A stretch of DNA of 64,000 bases from Candidatus Iainarchaeum sp. (GTDB lineage Archaea; Iainarchaeota; Iainarchaeia; Iainarchaeales; JAAZKV01). Location: NCBI GenBank assembly GCA_026397015.1, contig JAPLVR010000006.1:128001-192000 (forward strand), read 5' to 3'. The notes under the pieces are model-generated. The model had not been told where the DNA came from. It did no database searches and was given only the letters and a program-made list of their open reading frames with translations. Below are positions 26,050 to 35,876 of the stretch, piece by piece (within the stretch, counting starts at the first letter, position 1; every line of letters begins with the position of its first letter). A program made the position numbers and the translations under genes.

Positions 26050-28089
26050 ATGATAACTTCTATTACGCTTCAAAACTGGCGCACGCACAAAAATAGCACG
26101 CTCGAATTTGGGAAGGGAACTAATGTAATAGTCGGAATAATGGGTTCCGGAAAAAGCTCGGTGATAAATGCAATAAGTTACGCGCTCTTCGGAACTTTCC
26201 CCGCGCTACAAAGCAAACAGGTTTCTCTCGGCGAAATAATAATGGCGCGACCAAACAAATGCGATAATGCGAAGGTAATTCTTCATTTCGAGTATGGCGG
26301 CGGAAATTATAGGATTGAAAGAGAAATTTCGGAGGAAAAAACAAACTACTCAAAACTGTTTGAAGATGAAAAACTGGTTGCCGGACCGAAACAAAAAGAT
26401 GTCAACGAGGCAATTGAAAAAATACTTGAAATCAACTATGAACTTTTCAGCAGGGCGATTTACGCGGAACAAAACGAAATGGATTTTTTTCTCAAACTGA
26501 GCCCGCGGGAAAGAAAACAAAAATTTGACGAACTCCTTGGATTGGAGAAATATGAGAATGCAAGGAAAAATGCCGTTGCCTTGCAAAACCAATTTGCGAA
26601 AGCCAACAAAGAGAGAAACTCACTCCTAAAAGAACAAAAAAAATTGCACGACCCGAAAGAAGAGGCTGCGCTTCGAAAAAAAATAACTGCTGATGAAAAA
26701 GAACTCGAAGAGATTGAAAAGAAAATTACTGGGGCGAAAAAAGAGGAGAAAATGCTGAGAGAAAAGTTGAAAACCGAGGAAGAGAAGGAAAAAGAACACA
26801 AGCTTTATTCCGATTTGCTGATAAAGACAAATTCAAAAATTGAAACACTGCGGGAGCAGATTGAAAAAAGCAAGGCAATTTCACCCAAAGAAATAACAAA
26901 AAAAATCGAAAAGGCGGAAAAAACGCTTGAAGAAAGAGGGAAGGAACTTGAAGGCTGCGAAAAAGAAATTGAAAAACTGGAAAACGAATCCAAGAAACAG
27001 GGAGAAGAAGCGAGGGTTTGTGCGTACAAGAAAAAAGAGCTTGAGAGGGAATTAAAAGAAATCGCCCATCTGAAGGGGAAATGCCCCACCTGCAAAAGGG
27101 AACTTGATGATACACACAAAAACAAACTCGCGGAGGAAATTAACTCAAAAATTTCTGAAATTTCTGCCGCAGGCGAAAAATACGAAAGAGAAGCGAAAAT
27201 CTTTGAAGAAAAAATTGCGAAAGAAAAAAAACAAAGGCGGGCGCGCGAAGAGGAAATTAAAACTCTGCGAAAAGAATTTTACGAACTGGAGGCGGGGCAG
27301 AGGGGGGCAAAGGAAGCGGAAGAAAAGGCAAAGCAGTTTGAGGCGCTGAAAAATGAGCCTGAAAATTTGAAAAAAGAAATAAAGAAAATCGGGTTCAGCA
27401 AGGAAGAGCTGGAGAAGGCGAGAAAAGCGTTTTTTGAAAAGCAGTCGGCGGCGGAACTGCTCGAAGAAAAAGTTTCCTCAAAAAAAGAGCTCTTGAAAAA
27501 CTACGGAAACGGGTTGCAGAAAATCGCCGAGATGAAAAAACTTTTCGAGGAAACCGAAAAAAAAATTGAAAAAACCGAAAGAGCGGCAAATGCGCTCGGA
27601 GTTTTCGGAAATTGCCTGGCAGCAACGCAAACGAGCCTGAGAGAATCTCTAATTGAAACGGTAAATGACGCGACCTCGAACATATGGGAAAAAGTTTACC
27701 CTTACAAGGACTTCACTAACGCAAAACTTTCTATAGAAGAAAACGGGTATGAACTAAAAGTGCTAACGCGAAACAATGAATGGGTGAGGGTTGAAGGGAT
27801 ACTTTCGGGCGGAGAAAGAAGCGCCGCTGCCATCTGCATAAGAATTGCGTTCGCGCTTGTGCTCACAAAGAAATTGTCGATGCTGATACTGGACGAGCCG
27901 ACGCATAACCTTGACACGAACGCGGTTGAAACACTCGGAAAAATGCTGAGGGAAGAACTGCCAAGAATAATCGACCAAATATTTGTTATTACCCATGATA
28001 AACAGTTGGAAAGCGCGGCATCAAGCAATCTTTACACTCTGAAAAGGGACAAAAATTCCGACGGGGCAACTGTAATAGAAACAATTTAA
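26050..28089 (+). CDS. rad50: Rad50/SMC-like ATPase
   Basis: Walker A GIMGSGKSS, Q-loop, coiled coil with CPTC zinc hook, LSGGE, LDEPT and ITH. Confidence 0.9.
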   Translation: MITSITLQNWRTHKNSTLEFGKGTNVIVGIMGSGKSSVINAISYALFGTFPALQSKQVSLGEIIMARPNKCDNAKVILHFEYGGGNYRIEREISEEKTNYSKLFEDEKLVAGPKQKDVNEAIEKILEINYELFSRAIYAEQNEMDFFLKLSPRERKQKFDELLGLEKYENARKNAVALQNQFAKANKERNSLLKEQKKLHDPKEEAALRKKITADEKELEEIEKKITGAKKEEKMLREKLKTEEEKEKEHKLYSDLLIKTNSKIETLREQIEKSKAISPKEITKKIEKAEKTLEERGKELEGCEKEIEKLENESKKQGEEARVCAYKKKELERELKEIAHLKGKCPTCKRELDDTHKNKLAEEINSKISEISAAGEKYEREAKIFEEKIAKEKKQRRAREEEIKTLRKEFYELEAGQRGAKEAEEKAKQFEALKNEPENLKKEIKKIGFSKEELEKARKAFFEKQSAAELLEEKVSSKKELLKNYGNGLQKIAEMKKLFEETEKKIEKTERAANALGVFGNCLAATQTSLRESLIETVNDATSNIWEKVYPYKDFTNAKLSIEENGYELKVLTRNNEWVRVEGILSGGERSAAAICIRIAFALVLTKKLSMLILDEPTHNLDTNAVETLGKMLREELPRIIDQIFVITHDKQLESAASSNLYTLKRDKNSDGATVIETI

Positions 28090-28140
28090 GCAAAGCGATT
28101 TTCACCGCGCACAAAAAATAGAGATTTAATTAAAATCGAA

Positions 28141-28335
28141 TTATTGCTTTGCTTTTTGTTCTGCAAGCCTTGTGATGTAACCTGCGACAATATTCCTGCT
28201 CGGTTTTGAAAGGCCAAGCTCCATTGTATTCAGAAATTTTTTGTTCTTCTCATAGTCGCCGCCGACCTTATCCGGGAATTCCCTAAGCAGGACCTCAGAG
28301 CGGTATTTCAAAGACTTTGCAACAGATTTTCCCAT
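28141..28335 (-). CDS. rps17e: 30S ribosomal protein S17e
   Basis: DYEKNKK and RNIVAGYITR. Confidence 0.93.
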   Translation of the reverse strand: MGKSVAKSLKYRSEVLLREFPDKVGGDYEKNKKFLNTMELGLSKPSRNIVAGYITRLAEQKAKQ

Positions 28336-28360
28336 GAAAACACCAAATTAAACTTGCCAA

Positions 28361-28567
28361 TTATTCCAGGTCAATTACTCTTGTTTTGCCGTTGGGATAC
28401 TTCCTCAAAATGCTCAGGGGCAAAACATGCTCGTTGTATTCTTTCTCGGAAACTTCAAGCATTGACATTTCCCTAGTTCCCTTTACCATCGGAGGCGCGC
28501 CCAGCGAAAGCTGAAGGCTCCTCGCGGATAAAACCCTTGTCATCTCAAAACGAGTTAATCTTACCAA
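28361..28567 (-). CDS. rpoK: RNA polymerase subunit K (Rpo6)
   Basis: LTRFEMTRVLSARSLQLSLGAP; start placed at a TTG behind SD GGTGA. Confidence 0.9.
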   Translation of the reverse strand: MVRLTRFEMTRVLSARSLQLSLGAPPMVKGTREMSMLEVSEKEYNEHVLPLSILRKYPNGKTRVIDLE

Positions 28568-28640
28568 CGGCTCACCAACAAGAATAGGTTCAAGAGAAGC
28601 TTTAAAAAAGTAATCCTGAAACAAGCCCAAATGACTGTTA

Positions 28641-30143
28641 TTATGCCCAACGGGAATTCCGTCTCTCAATTTTTGAGCTCAAAGAAAAAGCCCTTATCTC
28701 CGGCTGAGGAAGGCAGTACTCCTTCGAAAAACTCTTTGCAAGTGCAAGAGAAGAAAAGCCCCTCACAAATGCCCCTTTTTGGTCGGCATAAAGAACGCGA
28801 TAACCGCGTTTTTCGGAAAACTCTTTAAACTTGCAGATCGTTGATTCCTGGACAGAGTTTATCGTGCCCGCAATTGAAGGCGAGAAAAATTTTGAGTTGA
28901 GATTCATCAGTTGAAAAGGAATTTCCATTAAAATTCCGCCGAGCAACCTCGCTTGAATCATGGAAAACCAGTAAACGGGATCTGTTTTGGTGAAAAGAGA
29001 ATGACCGGATTTTTCAACATAAGAATTTAGCGCGACAATTTCAGAATTTATCCCGGAAATTTCTTTTGAAAAAAAGCTTTCCTCGTTTTTGCAGAACCAG
29101 CTTAGCAAATGGTTCTTTCCAAACGACGCCTTTTCATTTGTGAGAAGGCGCTTTGCGTCGCCCAGAGGCACTAATTCTTTTTGCCCGTTAAAAAAAGGCC
29201 CGACAGGATAGTTTTTCAAAAAAAACTCCCTTCTTTTCTCCAAGCGAGCTTCATGGAACGGCTTTTCATCGTGAAATTTTTTTGAAAAATTGTTTGAAGA
29301 GCTCTCAAAAAAAACCGCGTCTTCATTAAATATTACTTCAATCATCGAATCCGGGTAAAGATTTTTGTCGTCAACTGTTATTGGGGAACAGCAGGAACAA
29401 TTCTTTGTCTCCAGACCAATATTGAAAAAATTTTTGGTGAACATTTGAGCCCACACCGGAGAAAAATCTATTTCAGAGATATTTTCATAGTGGCCGAGCG
29501 GGGCAAACTCTTTTACGGCATAAAATTTTTCATTTTCTTTGAATGTAAATGGCATGCCTGTTTTGAAATACATATTCTCCAGAAAAATTTCGGTGGCGTC
29601 CTTTGAAGATTCCGGTGCATTTTCCATTTTTACCGAAAGAATGCGTGAGAGCGCCGCTTTTTCCACGAGCGCGACCGTTCCGTCTTCATCAATTCGAACC
29701 GCTTCGCCGAAAGGAATTTTTTTTGTCAGAAAAAAACCGATATCGGAAAAATAATTTTTTGTTTTCATCGGGCCGAAATCTGTGAGTTCGAATTCGTCAA
29801 AAAATTTCCATTTATTTTCCAGCAAAAATTGCCTTTCCGGTTCGAGGAGCAGCGGCTTTTCTCCAAAGGCTCGTGCGAAAACATTCGATATTTTTTTTAG
29901 TTCTGAAAATGAAACGGTTTCGATGCGCTTCTTCTCATTTTCCCCCGAAACCTTAAATTTTTTGATGCCAAGGGAGAGCAGCAAATCTTCAAGCTGTCCG
30001 TTCGAAAGCTTCGTGGAGAAATTAATGAAAGGAAAAAAGGTAAAGCGGTGCGCTGCCTTTTTGCTTTCGTCCGAGAACTCGGCAAGAACCTGCTGCTTCT
30101 CCTCGCGGTACGCTACATTAGTCAAGTAAGCGTGTGTTGGCAT
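28641..30143 (-). CDS. Degenerate, probably inactive B-family DNA polymerase-like protein
   Basis: IDFSPVW (motif A-like), NIGLETKNCSCC (PolB2-like NISPET..C.CC) and VLYADQKG in place of YGDTDS. Confidence 0.6.
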   Translation of the reverse strand: MPTHAYLTNVAYREEKQQVLAEFSDESKKAAHRFTFFPFINFSTKLSNGQLEDLLLSLGIKKFKVSGENEKKRIETVSFSELKKISNVFARAFGEKPLLLEPERQFLLENKWKFFDEFELTDFGPMKTKNYFSDIGFFLTKKIPFGEAVRIDEDGTVALVEKAALSRILSVKMENAPESSKDATEIFLENMYFKTGMPFTFKENEKFYAVKEFAPLGHYENISEIDFSPVWAQMFTKNFFNIGLETKNCSCCSPITVDDKNLYPDSMIEVIFNEDAVFFESSSNNFSKKFHDEKPFHEARLEKRREFFLKNYPVGPFFNGQKELVPLGDAKRLLTNEKASFGKNHLLSWFCKNEESFFSKEISGINSEIVALNSYVEKSGHSLFTKTDPVYWFSMIQARLLGGILMEIPFQLMNLNSKFFSPSIAGTINSVQESTICKFKEFSEKRGYRVLYADQKGAFVRGFSSLALAKSFSKEYCLPQPEIRAFSLSSKIERRNSRWA

Positions 30144-30167
30144 GAAAAGTGGTTTATTTTCTTTTAT

Positions 30168-30557
30168 TTAAAAAGGCTTTGAGGGTTCCATGCCGGTGGA
30201 ACCGAAAAACCTGGTTCGGCGGATTTTGCCCCGCATCCTTCTTGTCGGCAGATGTTTCATCCGAAAAAGTCTTAGAGAAGCTTTTGGATCGGCAACATTT
30301 CTTGCAACGGTTTTGAAAACGGAGCCGCTTCTTCTGAGGCGGGCATCTTCTTTCGCTTTTCTCGCAAATTGTTCCCGAATTGATTTTGAAAACAAATCAA
30401 CTTTTTGTTCGCGCGACAACTTTGAAGGTTTTGTTCGAAATGGTGCAGCGTCGCGAGCCCGCCACGCGCCGAATACTTCCTTCACGGCGGCGTCTGCCCG
30501 CGCATGTTCACGAACGCTTTGATTAAGTCTTCTTCTGAAAAGCGCCCTTCTCACCAT
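30168..30557 (-). CDS. Orphan Arg-rich protein
   Basis: SD GGAG and TTTATA box upstream; starts MVRRALFRRRLN. Confidence 0.7.
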   Translation of the reverse strand: MVRRALFRRRLNQSVREHARADAAVKEVFGAWRARDAAPFRTKPSKLSREQKVDLFSKSIREQFARKAKEDARLRRSGSVFKTVARNVADPKASLRLFRMKHLPTRRMRGKIRRTRFFGSTGMEPSKPF

Positions 30558-30656
30558 TCAATCTCCTAATGAGAATTCGGTCTTTGAAGGATATAAATTT
30601 TTTGGGTGCCGCTTAAATGGGTTTTTAATCCGAATAAAAAAATGTCAAGCCAAAAA

Positions 30657-32237
30657 TCACAAAAAAGTGTCCGCCTCATCTTCCGCCGATTCCTGCGAGG
30701 CGGCATACATTTTCGCGGCTTCCTCAAGCGAAAACTCGTGCTTGCTCGGCTGCGACTTTCTGTTGCGCACCCTGAAAAAGGTCGGCGCATTAACTGCCTC
30801 GCCCAAAAGCAACGCTTCACCTACACGAAGGGAAGAGACAAGGTCCATGCTAGATTTGTCAAGGGCTTCGCTGCTCTGTGCAATATGATCCAAATCGTAG
30901 GGATTGGTTATTCGCAAAATTACATTAGTATTGCAGTTTGCAAGAGTTGTAGTGTCAAGGTGCTTTGGGCGCTGGGAAATTATCACAAGAGAGGCGCCGA
31001 ACTTCCTTCCTTCTCTTGCAATCGTCCGCAGTATTCCCTTTGCAATCGCATGCTCTTCCCCCGTTTTTTCAGGGATGAAGTTATGCGCCTCTTCAAGGAA
31101 AAGAGAAAAGGGCGGAACTCTTTTGGAACGCCTTGAATGGAACAATTTGTGCGCAAAGTAAGCGACAATTATCTGTTTCTTGCGCTGTGAAATAATCCCG
31201 CTTAAGTCGATTACCGTTAACTGCCCGGATTTAACCAAATCTAAAACGCTTGGGTTGTCAATCTTTGAAAACAAATCCAAGTCTTCGAGCTCGCCGACGG
31301 TTGCCAAAATCGTTGAAGCGGTTTTTTCATTCAAATCCGACTGCATCACCTCTGTTTTAATTGTGTTTAAATCGAAGGGACCGACACCAGATTTCATCTC
31401 CGAAGAAAGTTTTGAAATTATTGAGGAAAGGTCGCGCCTTTGGGGCGTTGAAAGTTTCGGCAAAATCATTGAGAGAAACGCAGAGTCAAGTTTTGAAGCC
31501 GCAATCTTAACTTTTGAAGCGTCAACAATCCGCGTTTTCGAAGAAAAATCAACATATTTTTTATCCTTCACGGGCTCGCCGAAACACGTGTACTCGCCGT
31601 GAATATCAAAAACAATTACTGCCACCTGCCCCTGTTCTTTTTTCCGCGAAAGCAATTCTTCTATCAGCGACGCGGCGAAAACAGATTTTCCTGCTCCGCT
31701 CAACGCAAGGACTGCAAGATGCTTTTGCAGCAAACGGGAGAGATTTGGCGAAACTTCAACGTTGTGAAATTGCATCGTTCCAAGCTTCAATCCCTCGTTG
31801 TCGAAACCCAAAAATTCTGTCAACCGCGAATCATCAGCCTTGAAAACTTTTGTTCCGGGAGAAGGGGGAAAGGTGGTGCGCTCAACAATAACTTTTCCTT
31901 CGGAATTTTTTTTGAACACACCGAGCGGCTTCGCCTTTCCGAGCAAAAACTCCCATTCGGCGGTCGGAAACTTCCTCTCCAACTCCTCTCCGATTTCTTT
32001 AACGGAATCAGGGCGCTCAAAATACTTATTCGTTTTTATCACATCATTTATGCGGCAAATCATTGTGCCCTCCGAATACTCGAGCTCGACAAACATCCCT
32101 TTGTGCGCCTTTCCGTTGTTAACGACAAAATCGACGGTTGAGGGCGAAGGGCCTTCGAAAGTGGAAACCACTGTTCCCAAAACTTCCCTTGCACCTTCAG
32201 CATTTTTGCCACTCGTTTCTTTTACTTTCACAACCAT
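30657..32237 (-). CDS. herA: HerA helicase/ATPase
   Basis: HAS-barrel-like N-terminus, KHLAVLALSGAGKS, DIHGEY, EEAH, REGRKFG and SQRP. Confidence 0.93.
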   Translation of the reverse strand: MVVKVKETSGKNAEGAREVLGTVVSTFEGPSPSTVDFVVNNGKAHKGMFVELEYSEGTMICRINDVIKTNKYFERPDSVKEIGEELERKFPTAEWEFLLGKAKPLGVFKKNSEGKVIVERTTFPPSPGTKVFKADDSRLTEFLGFDNEGLKLGTMQFHNVEVSPNLSRLLQKHLAVLALSGAGKSVFAASLIEELLSRKKEQGQVAVIVFDIHGEYTCFGEPVKDKKYVDFSSKTRIVDASKVKIAASKLDSAFLSMILPKLSTPQRRDLSSIISKLSSEMKSGVGPFDLNTIKTEVMQSDLNEKTASTILATVGELEDLDLFSKIDNPSVLDLVKSGQLTVIDLSGIISQRKKQIIVAYFAHKLFHSRRSKRVPPFSLFLEEAHNFIPEKTGEEHAIAKGILRTIAREGRKFGASLVIISQRPKHLDTTTLANCNTNVILRITNPYDLDHIAQSSEALDKSSMDLVSSLRVGEALLLGEAVNAPTFFRVRNRKSQPSKHEFSLEEAAKMYAASQESAEDEADTFL

Positions 32238-32249
32238 AAAAAACCCCTC

Positions 32250-32918
32250 TCATTTTTTGTTAAGCTCTCCCAAAATTCTGAAAATTTCATCCAAAGACTT
32301 TATTCTGAACTCGGCTTTTATGCCGTGATCACTTTGAATGCGAACCTTCCTTTCAATAATACAATTATGCATGCCGACAGCACCAGCACCCCCCGCATCC
32401 GAAGCCGGAGTATCGCCAACCATCAGACATTCATTTGGTTTAACGCCAAAATGGTTCATTACAAATTCAAAATTTTTTGTGCTGGGTTTCAAGTCTCCGA
32501 CAACAAAGCTATACGCTAAAAGGTCAAAATAATCCTTCAAATGGAGTTTTTCTTCGACTTCTTTCATATTGAAGCTTTCAGTATTGGACAATAAAGCCAA
32601 CTTGTAGCCCTGTTTCTTAATTTTTTTAAGAGCATTTTCAACATCTGGAAAATAATAAATCTTATCAAACCGGTTGAAATAAATTTCATAGAGGGCTTCT
32701 TCCAATAACACATTGTCTGCTTCGCCGAATTCCACAAAAAAATCCCTCCGAAGTTCTTCAAACGAACCATATTTTTTTAACTGCACCGCACGCTCATAAC
32801 GCAAAATAAAATCATCTATATCAAAACTCCCTTTTTTCAGAAGAAACCGCAAATGCACGAAATCAATCGTTGGAGGAATGAGCGTATTCCACAAATCAAA
32901 AATCACAACCTTAATCAT
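32250..32918 (-). CDS. HAD family hydrolase
   Basis: FDLWNTL, LSNT, KP and MVGDxxxxD. Confidence 0.9.
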   Translation of the reverse strand: MIKVVIFDLWNTLIPPTIDFVHLRFLLKKGSFDIDDFILRYERAVQLKKYGSFEELRRDFFVEFGEADNVLLEEALYEIYFNRFDKIYYFPDVENALKKIKKQGYKLALLSNTESFNMKEVEEKLHLKDYFDLLAYSFVVGDLKPSTKNFEFVMNHFGVKPNECLMVGDTPASDAGGAGAVGMHNCIIERKVRIQSDHGIKAEFRIKSLDEIFRILGELNKK

Positions 32919-32952
32919 TTTTTCACCATCAGCTGCCTGCCAAAAAATTTTT

Positions 32953-34044
32953 TCACCCGAAGGGGCGCGCATTCCTGCGGAGCATAATCTTCGCTCCGAC
33001 CTTATCGATTAATTTCTCGTAAATAATATTAATCTCATTTGGGCTAAGCCGCGCCCTCAAATCCGCCTCAATCAAAACACTTGGAAAAACATACTCCTTG
33101 TGCAAAGCACTCAAAGAAAAAACAACTTCGGCAATTTCGTCCGCACAACCCTTCAAATCCGCTATAGAATTTTTTTTGCAAATGAACTCGACCCTCAGAG
33201 GCTTGTCAAATTTCGAAACCTTCAGGTAAAAAACAAAAATGCTTTCAGACCATTCCTTTGAATAATCCTTCAGAATTGCATGGTTATCAGTATTTTTTGT
33301 GTAAGGGAAAGCGAATGTTCTTTCGCCCTCGTTCAAAAAATAATCCAAAAAAATCGAGTCGAAGGTTTTTTCGAGCGTATTCGGTGCAACTGAAACTCCC
33401 TTGGCTTTCGGAAGGATTTCCTCGCGCATTATTTGATTAAACCTTGAGCCCCTCGAATCCTCAACACACGCAATCAAAGTGCAGCTGTTTTTCTCCGCAA
33501 TCTTGTAGAGGATTTGAAAGTGTTCGACAATCGATTTGTAATCTTCATTTATTGCGGATTCCCTGCGCGGCTTGTCCTGGTACTGCGGAACGATTGAGCC
33601 GTCGATGAAAAAATATTTTGGCTTAAATTTTTCAATCACCTCGATTGAAAGGGAAACTTCCTTGCGCAAACGCTCTAAGGAAGTGCTCTGCCCGACCTCG
33701 TCATTTTCAAGCGAAGAGCGGAGCATAATCGGTTCGGGAAAGGAAACTATTTTCGGAAAATAAGCGGAGCTTTGAAGCAACCCCTTATCATATTCAAAAA
33801 CCACCCCTGCTGTTTTAATCAGCAGCAAATCAAGGAAAGCAAGTTTTTTCGGGGCGAAGCCGGAATCAACTCCCGCAACTACTGCTGAAAGTTGCTCGCG
33901 CGCAACTGTTTCGACAATTTTTTCCCCGGAATTCGGCGCATTTTGAAATTTCAAATAAGAAAGTTTGTTTCCCAACGATTCGTGGAACGAATGATACTGC
34001 TGAATAGCAGAAACTGCCCTATCCATAAAATCGTTGATGGCCAT
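32953..34044 (-). CDS. nurA: NurA nuclease
   Basis: AGVDSG, FIDGS, PLRVEF and PSVLIEAD; upstream of herA. Confidence 0.9.
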   Translation of the reverse strand: MAINDFMDRAVSAIQQYHSFHESLGNKLSYLKFQNAPNSGEKIVETVAREQLSAVVAGVDSGFAPKKLAFLDLLLIKTAGVVFEYDKGLLQSSAYFPKIVSFPEPIMLRSSLENDEVGQSTSLERLRKEVSLSIEVIEKFKPKYFFIDGSIVPQYQDKPRRESAINEDYKSIVEHFQILYKIAEKNSCTLIACVEDSRGSRFNQIMREEILPKAKGVSVAPNTLEKTFDSIFLDYFLNEGERTFAFPYTKNTDNHAILKDYSKEWSESIFVFYLKVSKFDKPLRVEFICKKNSIADLKGCADEIAEVVFSLSALHKEYVFPSVLIEADLRARLSPNEINIIYEKLIDKVGAKIMLRRNARPFG

Positions 34045-34130
34045 GAAGTCAGCCAATAAAAACAATATAGAAGGAATTCTTTAATATAAAAAGGTTTGGA
34101 AGGGTGCGTGCCAGTGGAAAAATCTAATGG

Positions 34131-34191
34131 TTTTGCCAGGGCTTTTTTCGCCGGCCCTTGTTTTTCGCCAGCCTTTTTCGAAAAAAGGCTG
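34131..34191. repeat. REP-like palindromic repeat (one partial and one full copy)
   Basis: TTTTGCCAGGGCTTTTTTCGCCGGCC followed by TTTTTCGCCAGCCTTTTTCGAAAAAAGGCTG. Confidence 0.85.
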
Positions 34192-34226
34192 ATAAGAAGA
34201 TTTGCAGGGAGACGTGCCGGTGGAAA

Positions 34227-34475
34227 CTAAAAACCAATTTCTCTTAAAATTTCCTTGGCCTTTTCAGGGGTTAAGCCGTGCCCCAAAAGATAGCTTTCTA
34301 CGTAACCCTTCGAAACCCCCTTCCGCCTAAAAAAGCCAGCATCAATCTTTCTTCTCAAAAGAGTTTTTGCAGGGTCTTTGGTACGAATGGCTCGTACCAA
34401 AATCCTGGAAACAGGCGACCCTCCATGATGCGGCTTACCGCCGGGAAACCCTCTTGGTTTTACTACAGGACACAT
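34227..34475 (-). CDS. Small orphan basic protein
   Basis: 82 aa with its own TTTATA box; basic, Pro/Gly-rich N-terminus. Confidence 0.6.
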   Translation of the reverse strand: MCPVVKPRGFPGGKPHHGGSPVSRILVRAIRTKDPAKTLLRRKIDAGFFRRKGVSKGYVESYLLGHGLTPEKAKEILREIGF

Positions 34476-34582
34476 ATGAGATAACCACTGTAGAGGAAAT
34501 ATAAATGCTTTTCCATTCTGTTAGCCCTAACTAATTTTCAATAAAAAAAGGTTTCCGGGCGGCGTGCCGGTGAAATCCCAAA

Positions 34583-35335
34583 TTAACTCCGAGTTGAAAT
34601 CGCCCTTTTCCTAATTTCAAGTATTTCTGTCCACGTCGTTGGATTCTCGGTAACCAGACGCGCCAAAAAACTTTTCGAACATTTTTGTCCCCATTCCATC
34701 TTAAGCCGCACAGCTACAAGAGCTGAACGGAGCCCCAAAATAGCTTCAGCTTTATAATTTTTTACTGGAAAAAACGGCCCAAACTCAAGATCTTTTATTT
34801 TTTTTGATTCGTAGCTTCCGGTCAAAAAATTACTTTGCGCAAACGGATTAAGGCGATTAACGAATAAATCTTGGAAAGTAAAAGCATAAGCGGCGACTTC
34901 ATTTCCGCCAAGAATATGAACAAACTCGTGATTCAATAACTCAATAGTCTCAGGGCGCCTCAAAGACCTTTCAGGAACAAAAATGTGCATACCTTTATTA
35001 GTCCGAAATCCGGCCGCTTCCATTTCGCCAGATGCAAACGACAAAGTTGAAAAAATATCGTCAGGAACGATACAAACCCTTTGAATTAATTTCTGCACTA
35101 ACACTTTATTATTGCCCAAACCGAGAACCGAAAGAACGCTTCTCGCCTCTTTTCGAAGAGGCGCCGAGAAAGGGCGCCTGTATCTTTCACGACCATATTT
35201 TTGCAAAACCTTGGCCCTTATCCCATTCTGTGCAGCCGATAGGGGATTCATTAGTAATGGATTTTTGGGCTCACGCTTACCCATTACTGCTAAAAACTTT
35301 TTCGCCCCTTGGGAAGAGCGAGCCGTTGAAACCAT
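34583..35335 (-). CDS. Orphan zincin-like (HExxH) protein with basic N-terminus
   Basis: LLNHEFVHILGGNE; start moved to ATG 35335 because the longer ORF overlaps the tRNA. Confidence 0.7.
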   Translation of the reverse strand: MVSTARSSQGAKKFLAVMGKREPKNPLLMNPLSAAQNGIRAKVLQKYGRERYRRPFSAPLRKEARSVLSVLGLGNNKVLVQKLIQRVCIVPDDIFSTLSFASGEMEAAGFRTNKGMHIFVPERSLRRPETIELLNHEFVHILGGNEVAAYAFTFQDLFVNRLNPFAQSNFLTGSYESKKIKDLEFGPFFPVKNYKAEAILGLRSALVAVRLKMEWGQKCSKSFLARLVTENPTTWTEILEIRKRAISTRS

Positions 35336-35382
35336 GTTTAATTTATGCAAAAGGGCATATTTATTGATTTGTATCCAAAAAA

Positions 35383-35453
35383 TGGACCGTGCGGGAATCG
35401 AACCCACATCGAATCAATGCCATTGATCCAGCCTACCTTTGGCAGAACGGCCC
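35383..35453 (-). tRNA. tRNA-Ala(GGC)
   Basis: Acceptor GGGCCGT/ACGGTCC with G3:U70, anticodon loop AT GGC AT (A32-U38), T loop TTCGATT; U10-U25 mismatch in the D stem. Confidence 0.88.
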
Positions 35454-35555
35454 CGACACGAAAAATAATCTGGGAAAAATTATTAAAGCACACCAATCAA
35501 CACATTCCCGGCCGCACCAAACCATTTAAATACCTTCATATGAAGAATAATTCAT

Positions 35556-35876
35556 ATGAAAGTGGAGTCATTTGAACAGGCCTGCGGGCTCAACTGCTTC
35601 GAGATCTTGGGGAACAAACTCAGGGTTTCAATAATAAAATCCCTCATAAAAAAACCGAAAACAGTGCAGAAACTTTGCGACGAGCTCAAAAGGGAACAGA
35701 GCGCGGTCAGCCACGCGCTCGCGCAGCTGAGGGAATGCAATTTTGTGGATTACAAAAGAAAGGGAAAAGAGAAAGAATACTTTCTCAAAAGCGGAATCTT
35801 CACCAAAAAAATGAACAAACCGCTGTTCGAAGCCATTGAAGAGCACGCAAAGAAACACTGCAGAGTGAGACGATGA
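35556..35876 (+). CDS. ArsR/SmtB family transcriptional regulator
   Basis: FEILGNKLRVSII...EQSAVSHALAQLR winged HTH; ATGA-coupled to iscS. Confidence 0.88.
   Translation: MKVESFEQACGLNCFEILGNKLRVSIIKSLIKKPKTVQKLCDELKREQSAVSHALAQLRECNFVDYKRKGKEKEYFLKSGIFTKKMNKPLFEAIEEHAKKHCRVRR

Larger units (their letters stand above)
34087..34575. repeat. Three dispersed ~34-bp direct repeats (34087-34120, 34193-34226, 34542-34575)
   Basis: TAAAAAGGTTTGGAAGGGTGCGTGCCAGTGGAAA / TAAGAAGATTTGCAGGGAGACGTGCCGGTGGAAA / TAAAAAAAGGTTTCCGGGCGGCGTGCCGGTGAAA; copies 1 and 2 match at 26/34 ungapped. Confidence 0.75.

Noticed and set aside
34087-34575. 34-bp repeats as a CRISPR array
   Set aside because: The spacing is 72 and 315 nt, one interval contains a whole gene, and the copies are only about 75 percent alike.
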